27,479 nt of DNA from a virus. The position numbers were made by a program, and so were the translations under genes. The notes under the pieces were generated by a model. It was not told the DNA's origin. It saw nothing but the letters and a program-made list of their open reading frames with translations, and searched no databases. Where the stretch lies: the UHGV virus genome UHGV-0150478; one strand, given 5' to 3'. Positions 1 to 7,357 of this stretch are shown in pieces (position 1 is the first letter of the stretch; each line of letters starts with the position of its first letter).

Positions 1-749
1 TCTTTATCTGTTGTCAGTGCGTCATAATGTGGAGGCATGATGTGCAGGTGTAACGCCATGCGGGCCAGCATCTGATACGCCTTCAGCGTTACATCCATGG
101 TCAGTTCGCCATCGGTCGCGCCAAAGCCATCGCAGAGTTTTTCGAAGGTGCTGCTGAACATCGCCGCCGTCATGGTGGCCAGCGTCTGTATCTGGTGTTT
201 GTTGAGCTGCGGCAGGTAAAGCAAATCGTCCAGGCGTTCGCGTCCGGCAAGGGAGCGATAACCAGGTGTCAGCCAGCGCCCGTCAGTGCGATCCAGACGT
301 TCGAATATTTTGCGCAGGGTTCCGCGTGTATAGCGTTCCGCCTGCCAGCTCTTTTTGCCTTTCTGACGATCGGCTTCCTGCTTCTTGCGCAGGAAAGAGA
401 GGTGGCGGCTCAGAGGTTCTCGCAGATAAACGGGAAGCGCCTTCAGTGTGGCAAAGGCACGGGCTACCGGGTCTTGTTCTGTTGCCCGGCGCTTACTGAT
501 GATGCTCTGTGCCAGCTTTTCACGCTGTCCGGCTTCCTCAAGGGATGCCATGAGTTTTTTACCCATGGCGGATTGTGCGAAAAAGGCTTCTTCCTTCGCT
601 TCCTGTTCTTCCTGTGCCCTTTTGTCCGCCTCAAGGTAGTAACGGATGGCGCGTTGCAGGTCGGTTTCAGTTTCCTGCCTGCGCTCCGTAAATCTGGCCG
701 GATCAATAGCTGGTCGTGGTTCATTCCAGCTCCATGCAAACGCACTCAT
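1..749 (-). CDS. Replication initiation protein, P2 gpA/186 A-like (N-terminal ~249 codons; gene continues beyond window start)
   Basis: Absent from the supplied ORF list because it has no stop inside the window: minus-strand frame is open from ATG at 749..747 to the window edge (translation begins MSAFAWSWNEPRPAIDPARF). ATGA start/stop overlap with ORF 746..1135. Family call rests on position as last gene of the early operon and on recalled N-terminal resemblance; not verified. Confidence 0.4.
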   Translation of the reverse strand, partial: MSAFAWSWNEPRPAIDPARFTERRQETETDLQRAIRYYLEADKRAQEEQEAKEEAFFAQSAMGKKLMASLEEAGQREKLAQSIISKRRATEQDPVARAFATLKALPVYLREPLSRHLSFLRKKQEADRQKGKKSWQAERYTRGTLRKIFERLDRTDGRWLTPGYRSLAGRERLDDLLYLPQLNKHQIQTLATMTAAMFSSTFEKLCDGFGATDGELTMDVTLKAYQMLARMALHLHIMPPHYDALTTDK

Positions 750-1135
750 GGCTGGTATCCCGTCACGCGCTGCCACTCCTGCGAGAAGAGGACGGAAAGG
801 CGGTTAAATTCAGCGGTGTATTCACTCAGCGAGGCACACCCGCCAGCAGTGCGATGCGCCAGCATTGCTGCAAATACGGAGGCCGGGGAGTCGTAATACG
901 CCAGCAGTGATTCGCCGTGCGGTGTCAGGCAGTGCAACGCCAGTCCGTGTGGTGTGAAATCCACGCGGTAGCAGTCGTCTACTGTGAAATAAAGGGTGTC
1001 TGCATTCTCCGGTTTTGTGGTGCGTGCTCTGTTGTCACGACCACGGATGTAGAGATCAAATAACCCCTGAAGAACGGGAGCCAGACGGGTGTCCTGTGTG
1101 CGCACCCATCTTGTGAAGTCATGAGCGTCAATCAT
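746..1135 (-). CDS. Hypothetical early protein (129 aa)
   Basis: ORF in the leftward early operon; its stop overlaps the start of the downstream replication-like ORF (ATGA). Confidence 0.5.
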   Translation of the reverse strand: MIDAHDFTRWVRTQDTRLAPVLQGLFDLYIRGRDNRARTTKPENADTLYFTVDDCYRVDFTPHGLALHCLTPHGESLLAYYDSPASVFAAMLAHRTAGGCASLSEYTAEFNRLSVLFSQEWQRVTGYQP

Positions 1136-1207
1136 GCTGCAATTCTCTTTACTACAGATGTGCGAAGGCCTCCCGCCGCAAGGTGCAGGAAAGGCCCGGA
1201 ACAGGAA

Positions 1208-1438
1208 TTAATGGAGTTTGTTTTGCTGCTGGATGAGCTGTTGAAGCTCGTGCAGATCATCCGCCAGATAGCTGAAAACAGAGGCGGAATAAATGTTTGA
1301 TAGTGCGTGGCTGCGCTCATGCAGCATATTGATGTGCATGATTTGCGCGACGCGTGATGCGCGGGAAAGTCTGCGGTTGATTTCAGTCTGGATGTGACGA
1401 CGCTCCGCGATAGCGCGGTGCTGTTTGCGGTCTGCCAT
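1208..1438 (-). CDS. Hypothetical small protein (76 aa)
   Basis: Protein-like composition; preferred over the overlapping 205-aa and 97-aa ORFs, which read like out-of-frame junk. Confidence 0.4.
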   Translation of the reverse strand: MADRKQHRAIAERRHIQTEINRRLSRASRVAQIMHINMLHERSHALSNIYSASVFSYLADDLHELQQLIQQQNKLH

Positions 1439-1614
1439 GGTGTGGCCTCTTTGCTCGGTGATAGAAATAACTCACCATCCAGAGTTGAGAATCTCGGGGT
1501 GGCGAGACGTACAGGGTTCTCAACACCGGAGAGCAAAGAATCCGGCCCGACCGAAGTCGGCCCCGTACGCCCCGCCATAATTCTGACGCGAAAAAGACGT
1601 GGCAATACAGTACG

Positions 1615-1638
1615 CACAAAAAAACCGCTTGCGCGGTT
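1615..1638 (-). terminator. Intrinsic terminator (minus strand)
   Basis: Perfect 6-bp stem AACCGC/GCGGTT with 4-nt loop at 1623-1638; on the minus strand it is followed by a run of 7-8 U (A-run 1615-1624 on plus). Confidence 0.5.
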
Positions 1639-1760
1639 ATGCGCTTTGCTCTGTATCGGGTTGAGAATCCCGGCACCCGTTTTATGAGGTGCAGCGGAAA
1701 TGTAACCTGACCGATTGCGGCATGGCAAGCGGTTTTTTTGTGTGTGCATGTTCTGGTTTC

Positions 1761-2060
1761 TTACTGGTTCAGAAAAAAATCAAAAACGTTATCGATGCGT
1801 TGCAGCAGCTCTTGCTGCATTGCTTCCGGCGTTTCCGGTTCGCCAGGTGCCCCCAGCGTTGCGCAGAAATCAGCGATTTCATGATGGAGCGTGAGGCGAA
1901 TGGCAGGAGCCGTGGTTCTGGCGTGCTCCAGCTGATCCAGCAGTGCCAGCACAGCAGACGGCGAGAGCATTGCGCGAAATGCCAGTAATTTTTGAGGCGT
2001 TGCCATTCGTTGCAGGGCAAATGCCAGTTCGCGTAGCTTCTGGTGGTTGATGGTGCTCAT
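1761..2060 (-). CDS. Hypothetical early protein (99 aa)
   Basis: Protein-like ORF; start overlaps stop region of 2057..2323 (operon packing). Confidence 0.5.
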   Translation of the reverse strand: MSTINHQKLRELAFALQRMATPQKLLAFRAMLSPSAVLALLDQLEHARTTAPAIRLTLHHEIADFCATLGAPGEPETPEAMQQELLQRIDNVFDFFLNQ

Positions 2061-2323
2061 GCTCTGGCTTCCTTCAGTAGCTGGTTAAACATGTTGGTAA
2101 GTGGATTGCTACACCCGAACGGCATCGGGTTTACGTGGTAAGAAGCCTGGCCTCCTGTTTTGCGAGCGCGACCACCTGTGCTGCGGTTTGTTCTGATGAC
2201 TAAGCCGCCGCGCCAAAGTCGGCGTAACTCAGCATTAATGGCTGTGGTTGGGGTATTCAGTGCTGCGGCGATCTCTCCGCCGCTACACCCCGGATGAGTA
2301 GCGATGTAGTCCAGAATGGTCAT
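2057..2323 (-). CDS. Putative winged-helix DNA-binding protein (88 aa)
   Basis: N-terminal segment (GCSGGEIAAALNTPTTAINAELRRLWRGGLV) looks like a helix-turn-helix/wHTH; overlaps neighbours by 4 nt at both ends. Confidence 0.45.
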   Translation of the reverse strand: MTILDYIATHPGCSGGEIAAALNTPTTAINAELRRLWRGGLVIRTNRSTGGRARKTGGQASYHVNPMPFGCSNPLTNMFNQLLKEARA

Positions 2324-2523
2324 CTGCGTGGCTCCTGTACCTGTCGGATAAGATTTACTCGCGCCACGTTGGTGGCGCAGAAGTAAGTGCCGTCAGTGAG
2401 GTAGATGTGGTGTGCATCCTTTTCCGAACGATGTTTGTCGATAGTGGTAATCAGGCGTTCGTCGACCTCGTATTCGCGCCCTCTGGAGGTAAAGCGAACG
2501 ACGGAAAAATGCTTAATTGCCAT
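2320..2523 (-). CDS. Hypothetical protein (67 aa)
   Basis: Small ORF tightly packed in the early operon. Confidence 0.45.
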   Translation of the reverse strand: MAIKHFSVVRFTSRGREYEVDERLITTIDKHRSEKDAHHIYLTDGTYFCATNVARVNLIRQVQEPRR

Positions 2524-2546
2524 TGCGCCCCCTTTGTCCAGTAACC

Positions 2547-2963
2547 CTATGCGTTAAATACGGCACGTTGCGCGTCATCAATGAATACAGCTTGAGAGCG
2601 TTCTATCAGGCGGAGATTTGTCAGAAGCTCTGACTCTTTTGTGTGGTAAGGCGTTATCAGGTATTTGCCGTGCAGTTCGGCAATAATGGTGTATTGCAGC
2701 ATCATTGCTGAACCAAGAATATAAATGCAGCGTCCAATGCTGGACGGATTCATGGCTGCAACTGTTGACTGTGTTTTAAGAGTGTCGATTTCTTTGCTCT
2801 GTTCCTCAATAATTTTGGCTGCGTCAGCGGTGATTTTTGCAATGGTCAGTGCGTGAAGTGCTGCCATATGTTGGCTACGCTTCACGGCATCTTTAGCCAT
2901 TTCATCTTCCGCTTCTGATATTTTTTTTAATGTGTCGATAATGCCTTCTTCTTTTGCGTTCAT
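2547..2963 (-). CDS. Hypothetical protein (138 aa), coiled-coil-like N-terminus
   Basis: ORF with charged/helical N-terminal half; no family recognised. Confidence 0.5.
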   Translation of the reverse strand: MNAKEEGIIDTLKKISEAEDEMAKDAVKRSQHMAALHALTIAKITADAAKIIEEQSKEIDTLKTQSTVAAMNPSSIGRCIYILGSAMMLQYTIIAELHGKYLITPYHTKESELLTNLRLIERSQAVFIDDAQRAVFNA

Positions 2964-3055
2964 TTTATATCTCCGTTATTTACGTGTGCGAATACCTCCG
3001 CGAATGCGGATAGTTTTCAGGTTTTCGGGTTTAATCTGGTGTTTTGTTTAAGCTG

Positions 3056-3169
3056 TTATTCGTCAGTGAAAAAGCGTTCAATCTTTTTTACTGAATGAAT
3101 AATTCGCATAATCCCAATGGCGCAGGCCACCGAAATAATCAGAACAAGCCATGAGATAAATATACTCAT
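3056..3169 (-). CDS. Small hydrophobic membrane peptide (37 aa)
   Basis: Below ORF-track cutoff. Translation MSIFISWLVLIISVACAIGIMRIIHSVKKIERFFTDE has one predicted TM helix plus a basic tail. Its ATG (3169..3167) overlaps the TGA stop of ORF 3166..3408 (ATGA coupling). Confidence 0.35.
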   Translation of the reverse strand: MSIFISWLVLIISVACAIGIMRIIHSVKKIERFFTDE

Positions 3170-3408
3170 GCGATATTCCCCAGCTTATATGGTTCAATGT
3201 GTTCCCCGCATTCTGCGGCACAGATCAGCTCGGAAAGTTCGTTAAGTGCATCCAGATCATCAGCGTAAAAAGCAACGTCATACAAACTCCGGATTGCCCT
3301 GGTCAATGAGTCACGGGCTGCATGTTCAGCATGAGCGCCTGATGCACTTAAGCGAAAATAAAATCGTTCAAGTGCTTTGTTAATGAGAGTTTTATATTCT
3401 TTGCCCAT
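3166..3408 (-). CDS. Hypothetical protein (80 aa)
   Basis: ORF in early operon. Confidence 0.5.
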   Translation of the reverse strand: MGKEYKTLINKALERFYFRLSASGAHAEHAARDSLTRAIRSLYDVAFYADDLDALNELSELICAAECGEHIEPYKLGNIA

Positions 3409-3419
3409 CGCAACGCCCT

Positions 3420-3698
3420 TTAATCTGCTTTCTGAATTTCAGCTTCTGAATCCATACAAATAATTTCGATATAGGGTTCATCGCCATTAACCTGACGTGC
3501 CTTTTCAGCTTCACTAATGATTTCTCGTACGGTCTGGTACGGAAGCTCCACAGTCAGGCGCGTACCGTTCAGATAAACGTAAGTAGCTGCGTTTTTTTCG
3601 GATGGAACAACTCCGTCAATGGCTGATGCGCGTAATAACAGTTCACCGCGAAAATCAATAAAACGGATAAATACACCTTGTGCATGCTCTTTAGTCAT
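3420..3698 (-). CDS. Hypothetical protein (92 aa from internal Met; ORF track gives 3420..3758)
   Basis: Internal ATG at 3698 (MTKEHAQG) sits 10 nt after the stop of the upstream gene and is preceded by AGGTG; the longer start would overlap the upstream gene by 50 nt. Confidence 0.5.
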   Translation of the reverse strand: MTKEHAQGVFIRFIDFRGELLLRASAIDGVVPSEKNAATYVYLNGTRLTVELPYQTVREIISEAEKARQVNGDEPYIEIICMDSEAEIQKAD

Positions 3699-3708
3699 AA
3701 AGCACCTG

Positions 3709-4059
3709 TTAAAAATCAGCCTGTTTAATAAAACTTTGCCCGCGAAGCAGACGATCAACCGTGCGAAGTGCTTCGTATAATGTGAAATCCTGCCCGAAGT
3801 GATTGTCGCCGCAGTTCAATGCAAAAATGCGGTTTCCGGTAAACGGATTGCGTGGGCATTTGTGGACCACGATTCCAGCTTTTTCAATCAGCCAGGCATG
3901 TTCGCCGATTTGTTTTACAGCGTGGCCATCCGGTGTTGCGTGCGTCTCGTTCAGGTTATAGCGACTGTTACTACGTGATGCACTGGTAGCGACGTGGTGT
4001 ACATGGCGTTCTACGCCATTACGAAATTTGGAGTATGGATTATCAGCGTTTTTTTTCAT
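3709..4059 (-). CDS. Hypothetical protein (116 aa)
   Basis: ORF in early operon. Confidence 0.5.
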   Translation of the reverse strand: MKKNADNPYSKFRNGVERHVHHVATSASRSNSRYNLNETHATPDGHAVKQIGEHAWLIEKAGIVVHKCPRNPFTGNRIFALNCGDNHFGQDFTLYEALRTVDRLLRGQSFIKQADF

Positions 4060-4080
4060 GATGGTGCTCTGTTCATTGTT

Positions 4081-4284
4081 TTAGCTGTTAGCCAAAGCGT
4101 CTTTTAACATCGCCACAAGGTTTACTTCAGGCTTTTCCATTTTGGCGCGTTTGGGGCGGATAATAATTCGACCGTCAGCCAACATCTTTTTGCATGTATT
4201 AAGAGGGATACCTGTTATCTCTGCATATTTCTGCAGGGATACATAGGGGGCATTCACATTGATATTGATGGTTATACCTGACAT
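4081..4284 (-). CDS. Small HTH DNA-binding protein (AlpA/excisionase-like or CII-like regulator)
   Basis: 67 aa; segment VSLQKYAEITGIPLNTCKKMLADGRI is a typical helix-turn-helix; second gene of the early operon. Confidence 0.45.
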   Translation of the reverse strand: MSGITININVNAPYVSLQKYAEITGIPLNTCKKMLADGRIIIRPKRAKMEKPEVNLVAMLKDALANS

Positions 4285-4300
4285 CCCACTAGCCTCCTGA

Positions 4301-4507
4301 TCAGGAAGATTTGTTTTGTTCTTTCTGGGTTAGCTCTAGGCCGCGAAGGAAGATCATGCGCGCCATGTTAGAGGATGAGCGTTGTTCTTTAGCTGCCATT
4401 TCATCAATGACGGCTCGCTCCTCGAGGGACAGCCGAAGTGCCAGTCTTGGACCTGTGGCGGTGTTACGCGGAATGCGTGATCTGGTATCGTGAAGAACTT
4501 GTTTCAT
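4301..4507 (-). CDS. Ribbon-helix-helix (Arc/MetJ/CopG-like) protein; positional analogue of P2 Cox / 186 Apl
   Basis: 68 aa; RLSLEERAVIDEMAAKEQRSSSNMARMIFLRGLE matches the RHH beta-strand plus two helices pattern; first gene of the leftward operon, divergent from the repressor gene. Confidence 0.5.
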   Translation of the reverse strand: MKQVLHDTRSRIPRNTATGPRLALRLSLEERAVIDEMAAKEQRSSSNMARMIFLRGLELTQKEQNKSS

Positions 4508-4582
4508 AGTGGTATATTGTGATCATCTAATAGCTCGTGAAATCATTTTGGTATCAAAAAAGATACCTGTCAAGGTTTTTGT
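4508..4582. promoter_or_regulatory. Divergent promoter/operator switch region
   Basis: 75-bp intergenic between divergent RHH and XRE genes. Inverted repeat GGTATC-A6-GATACC at 4550-4567, extra TGGTAT at 4510-4515, and minus-strand TTGACA at 4573..4568 with CAAAAT 17 nt downstream. Promoter assignment is by eye only. Confidence 0.4.
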
Positions 4583-4987
4583 ATGAAAAATGATATTGGT
4601 CAGCGGTTGCGTGAGGAAAGGGAAAGATTGGGACTTAGTCAAGTTGCCATGAGCGACATTGGTGGAGTCAAAAAGCTAACTCAGCTTAGATATGAGAAAG
4701 GAGATAGCTTTCCTGATGCTGCGTATTTGGCAGCGCTGTCTCGTTTTGGCCTTGATGTTCAGTATGTTGTGTTGGGAATTCACTCACCTGAAACTTATAA
4801 CGATGATGAGCAGGAATTGATTACTCGCTTTCGAGCAGCTTCGTTAGATGTGAAAAACGCGGTGATTGGGGCTTTAAAAGGTGCGATCAGTGAAAAGGAA
4901 ACTCAGCCATCAGGACGTGAGTTAAATATTTCTGGTGGTAATAACCGTATCGCTGGTCGTGACTATAACGAAACTAAGGGTAGGTGA
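4583..4987 (+). CDS. XRE-family HTH transcriptional repressor (immunity repressor candidate, C/cI position)
   Basis: N-terminus QRLREERERLGLSQVAMSDIGGVKKLTQLRYEKG is a classic Cro/C1-type HTH; first gene of the rightward operon that ends with int, as C in P2. Confidence 0.65.
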   Translation: MKNDIGQRLREERERLGLSQVAMSDIGGVKKLTQLRYEKGDSFPDAAYLAALSRFGLDVQYVVLGIHSPETYNDDEQELITRFRAASLDVKNAVIGALKGAISEKETQPSGRELNISGGNNRIAGRDYNETKGR

Positions 4988-5002
4988 TAGTAGGGAGGTG
5001 AC

Positions 5003-5653
5003 ATGGCCGTCAACTCAAACGGTTCAAACAATCGCGTTGCTGGGCGTGATTTTCACGAAAAGAATATTCAGATAGAGCGATATGATGGTTCTCATACCGT
5101 CAATATCGCAATCCCTTCGAATAATGATGATGACGATCGCCCTTTGCTTAAGGCTCAGCGTAAGGAGCTAAATAGCTTGGTTGCTGCTATTGCAGAAGCT
5201 AGCAATACTGAAGCGTTTATTATTTGGCAAAAAGTACATGCGGAGATTGGTGTAGCTGGTATTGATGATATGACAGTAAATCAATATAAAACAGCGGAGA
5301 GTTTTCTGCATGCAATGCTTGAGCGATGTAAAGATCATGATGCCTGTAAGGCTCTTGTAAGTTTATTACTACGTAACAGTGAAGACTGTGGACTTCGACA
5401 AAAACTTCTGCGGTATTGCCATATCAATTTCGGTACAGGACGTTTAAACGATCTTACTCGTTCTCAGTTACAGTCTGCATTGTCGTGGTTAGAGCAACAA
5501 TCGGCATCAAGCCACACAGAGAGTTCGACCTTACCAGAAGTCCGACTTCGTGCTTCAGAATTAATCCGACTTTATCCAAAAGAAATAATATTCTTTATCT
5601 GCGTAGGGGTTTTGGTAGGCGGTGTCATTTCTAGGGCGTTTTTTAATTTGTAA
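5003..5653 (+). CDS. Tail-anchored membrane protein, unknown function (cargo gene)
   Basis: 216 aa; single C-terminal hydrophobic helix (EIIFFICVGVLVGGVISRAFF); N-terminus repeats a motif from the C-terminus of the upstream repressor-like protein; AT-richer than flanking genes. Confidence 0.55.
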   Translation: MAVNSNGSNNRVAGRDFHEKNIQIERYDGSHTVNIAIPSNNDDDDRPLLKAQRKELNSLVAAIAEASNTEAFIIWQKVHAEIGVAGIDDMTVNQYKTAESFLHAMLERCKDHDACKALVSLLLRNSEDCGLRQKLLRYCHINFGTGRLNDLTRSQLQSALSWLEQQSASSHTESSTLPEVRLRASELIRLYPKEIIFFICVGVLVGGVISRAFFNL

Positions 5654-5682
5654 TCTTACTTGAGCTAAATTGAGGTAATGAT

Positions 5683-6030
5683 ATGAAAGTAAAAAAGGTT
5701 CAACTATTAGTTACTTTTTTATCTATGTTTTCTTTTTCCGCCGTCGCAATGCCTTTTAAAACTATTGAACGTGAGAGTTTCAATGGGGTATGGCCATTTA
5801 ATACTGATGAGGTTCAATTACAGTGTCTTGATGGTAATCCTTATGTGATGAATTTTGACGATAATAAGTTATATGCACTTACAGGTTTGGCTCGAATAAA
5901 AGGTAAAACATTTGGTGCGTTACCGTTAGATAACAATAATCCATTTTGGCTAGATAATGATGCCGCCCCAGGGTTAAAAAAGAGTCTGGGGGATGTCACT
6001 AAGGCTGCATTTGATTTATGTGATAAGTAA
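5683..6030 (+). CDS. Secreted/periplasmic small protein, unknown function (cargo gene)
   Basis: 115 aa; N-terminal signal peptide (MKVKKVQLLVTFLSMFSFSAVA, AxA-type cleavage site); two Cys in the mature part; AT-rich. Confidence 0.55.
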   Translation: MKVKKVQLLVTFLSMFSFSAVAMPFKTIERESFNGVWPFNTDEVQLQCLDGNPYVMNFDDNKLYALTGLARIKGKTFGALPLDNNNPFWLDNDAAPGLKKSLGDVTKAAFDLCDK

Positions 6031-6035
6031 CTAAA

Positions 6036-7037
6036 ATGTCGGTTCGTAAGATTCCATCAGGTAAATGGCTTTGCGAATGTTATCCCTACGGGGCATCGGG
6101 AAAACGCATTCGTAAACAGTTTGCGACAAAAAGTGAGGCGCTCTCTTATGAGCGCCGTTTAATGAATAGTAGAGTTGGAGACGAGTTTCAAGATGGTTCT
6201 GGTCCTCGTCTTTCTGAGTTGATTGCTCGCTGGTTTGAGATGTACGGTAAAACCTTGTCCTCTGGTGCAGAGCGCAAAGTCAAACTTGAGGCGATTTGTT
6301 CCAGGCTGGGAGATCCATTTGCTTCTCAGTTTGACAAAAATATGTTTGCTACTTATCGGGAAAGAAGGCTATCAGGAGAATGGAATCCCAAGGGGAAGAA
6401 AAAACTTAGTGAAGCAACCGTTAATCGCGAGCAGTCATATCTACATGCTGTTTTTGCCGAACTGAAGCGCCTTGGAGAGTGGTCTGGTGAAAACCCCCTG
6501 ACCGGTATTCGCAAGTTTCGTGAGGAAGAAAAGGAACTGGCGTTTCTGTATGTAGATGAGATTGAACGCCTTCTGATTGCGTGTGATGAGTCACGGAATA
6601 AAGATTTGGGGGTTGTTGTCCGTATTGGGCTTGCGACTGGTGCTCGGTGGAGTGAAGCAGAAGGATTAAAGCAATCTCAAGTACTGCCCGGTCGAATCAC
6701 ATTTGTTAAAACTAAAGGAAAGAAGAACCGCACTGTACCGATTTCACCTCAATTGCAAGCTATGCTTCCTAAAAAACGAGGAGCGCTATTTTCACCATGT
6801 TATGAGGCTTTTGACGCTGCAATTAAGAGAGCGAAGATCGAGCTTCCTGATGGGCAATTAACTCATGTGCTACGTCACACGTTTGCCAGTCATTTTATGA
6901 TGCGGGGCGGAAATATTCTTGTGTTGCAAAAAATACTGGGGCATAGCGATATAAAAATGACTATGCGTTATGCGCATTTTGCTCCAGGTCATTTAGAGGC
7001 TGCTGTTGAATTGAACCCTTTTGACAATAGAGGGTAA
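6036..7037 (+). CDS. int: Tyrosine recombinase, P2-family phage integrase
   Basis: 333 aa; conserved blocks GARWSEAEGLK, ITFVKTKGKKNRTVPIS, HVLRHTFASHFMMRGGNILVLQKILGHSDIKMTMRYAHFAP (R...HxxR...Y catalytic signature) align with recalled P2 Int; adjacent to att core. Confidence 0.9.
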   Translation: MSVRKIPSGKWLCECYPYGASGKRIRKQFATKSEALSYERRLMNSRVGDEFQDGSGPRLSELIARWFEMYGKTLSSGAERKVKLEAICSRLGDPFASQFDKNMFATYRERRLSGEWNPKGKKKLSEATVNREQSYLHAVFAELKRLGEWSGENPLTGIRKFREEEKELAFLYVDEIERLLIACDESRNKDLGVVVRIGLATGARWSEAEGLKQSQVLPGRITFVKTKGKKNRTVPISPQLQAMLPKKRGALFSPCYEAFDAAIKRAKIELPDGQLTHVLRHTFASHFMMRGGNILVLQKILGHSDIKMTMRYAHFAPGHLEAAVELNPFDNRG

Positions 7038-7143
7038 AAAGTGGCGATAAAAAGTGACAATAGATTCAAATGGCGTTGTATAGAGCCATTTTCAAAGTTA
7101 ATAAAATCATAAGGTTATGATTTATAAATGGTGGTTGATAGTT

Positions 7144-7198
7144 TTTAAAATCCCTCGGCGTTCGCGCTGTGCGGGTTCAAGTCCCGCTCCGGGTACCA
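7144..7198 (+). other. att core: 3' fragment of tRNA-Leu(UAA) (anticodon loop to CCA); no 5' half present
   Basis: Sequence TTTAAAATCCCTCGGCGTTCGCGCTGTGCGGGTTCAAGTCCCGCTCCGGGTACCA: anticodon TAA, long variable arm, T-arm GGGTTCAAGTCCCGC, acceptor 3' strand plus CCA. Upstream bases cannot form the 5' acceptor strand. Matches my recollection of enterobacterial leuZ 3' end. Confidence 0.8.
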
Positions 7199-7241
7199 TG
7201 GGAAAGATAAGAATAAAATCAAAGCAATAAGCAGTGTCGTG

Positions 7242-7266
7242 AAACCACCTTCGGGTGGTTTTTTTG
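7242..7266 (+). terminator. Intrinsic terminator downstream of the tRNA fragment
   Basis: 8-bp stem AAACCACC/GGTGGTTT with TTCG tetraloop (7242-7261) followed by T-run to 7265. Confidence 0.6.
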
Positions 7267-7357
7267 TATCTTCTTTTTCATTTCCGAAGATGCGTCCGAA
7301 GATGATTTTTCTCTGGACGCATCATCATTCATTTTCTCTGGCCACCAACTACGGGCA

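Larger units (their letters stand above)
1..7198. mobile_element. P2/186-like prophage, integrase-proximal end (element continues beyond window start)
   Basis: Gene order and orientation mirror P2 attP-int-C-cox-...-A: leftward early operon ending in a replication-protein-like ORF, divergent switch, rightward repressor-int operon, P2-family integrase, then a tRNA 3' fragment as att core. Confidence 0.7.

Noticed and set aside
195-896. 233-aa plus-strand ORF and nested plus-strand ORFs at 266-499, 448-639 and 716-910
   Set aside because: They lie antisense to the long minus-strand replication-protein-like frame (open from 749 to the window edge) and to ORF 746-1135; translations are Cys/Arg/Phe-rich and not protein-like.
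1132-1749. 205-aa minus-strand ORF spanning the structured non-coding region
   Set aside because: Low-complexity Arg/Ser/Pro-rich translation running through the terminator and hairpins; the shorter in-region ORF 1208-1438 is more credible.
7144-7198. Possible complete tRNA-Leu gene
   Set aside because: Only the 3' portion (anticodon loop to CCA) is present; the upstream sequence cannot form the acceptor or D arms, so it is an att-site fragment.
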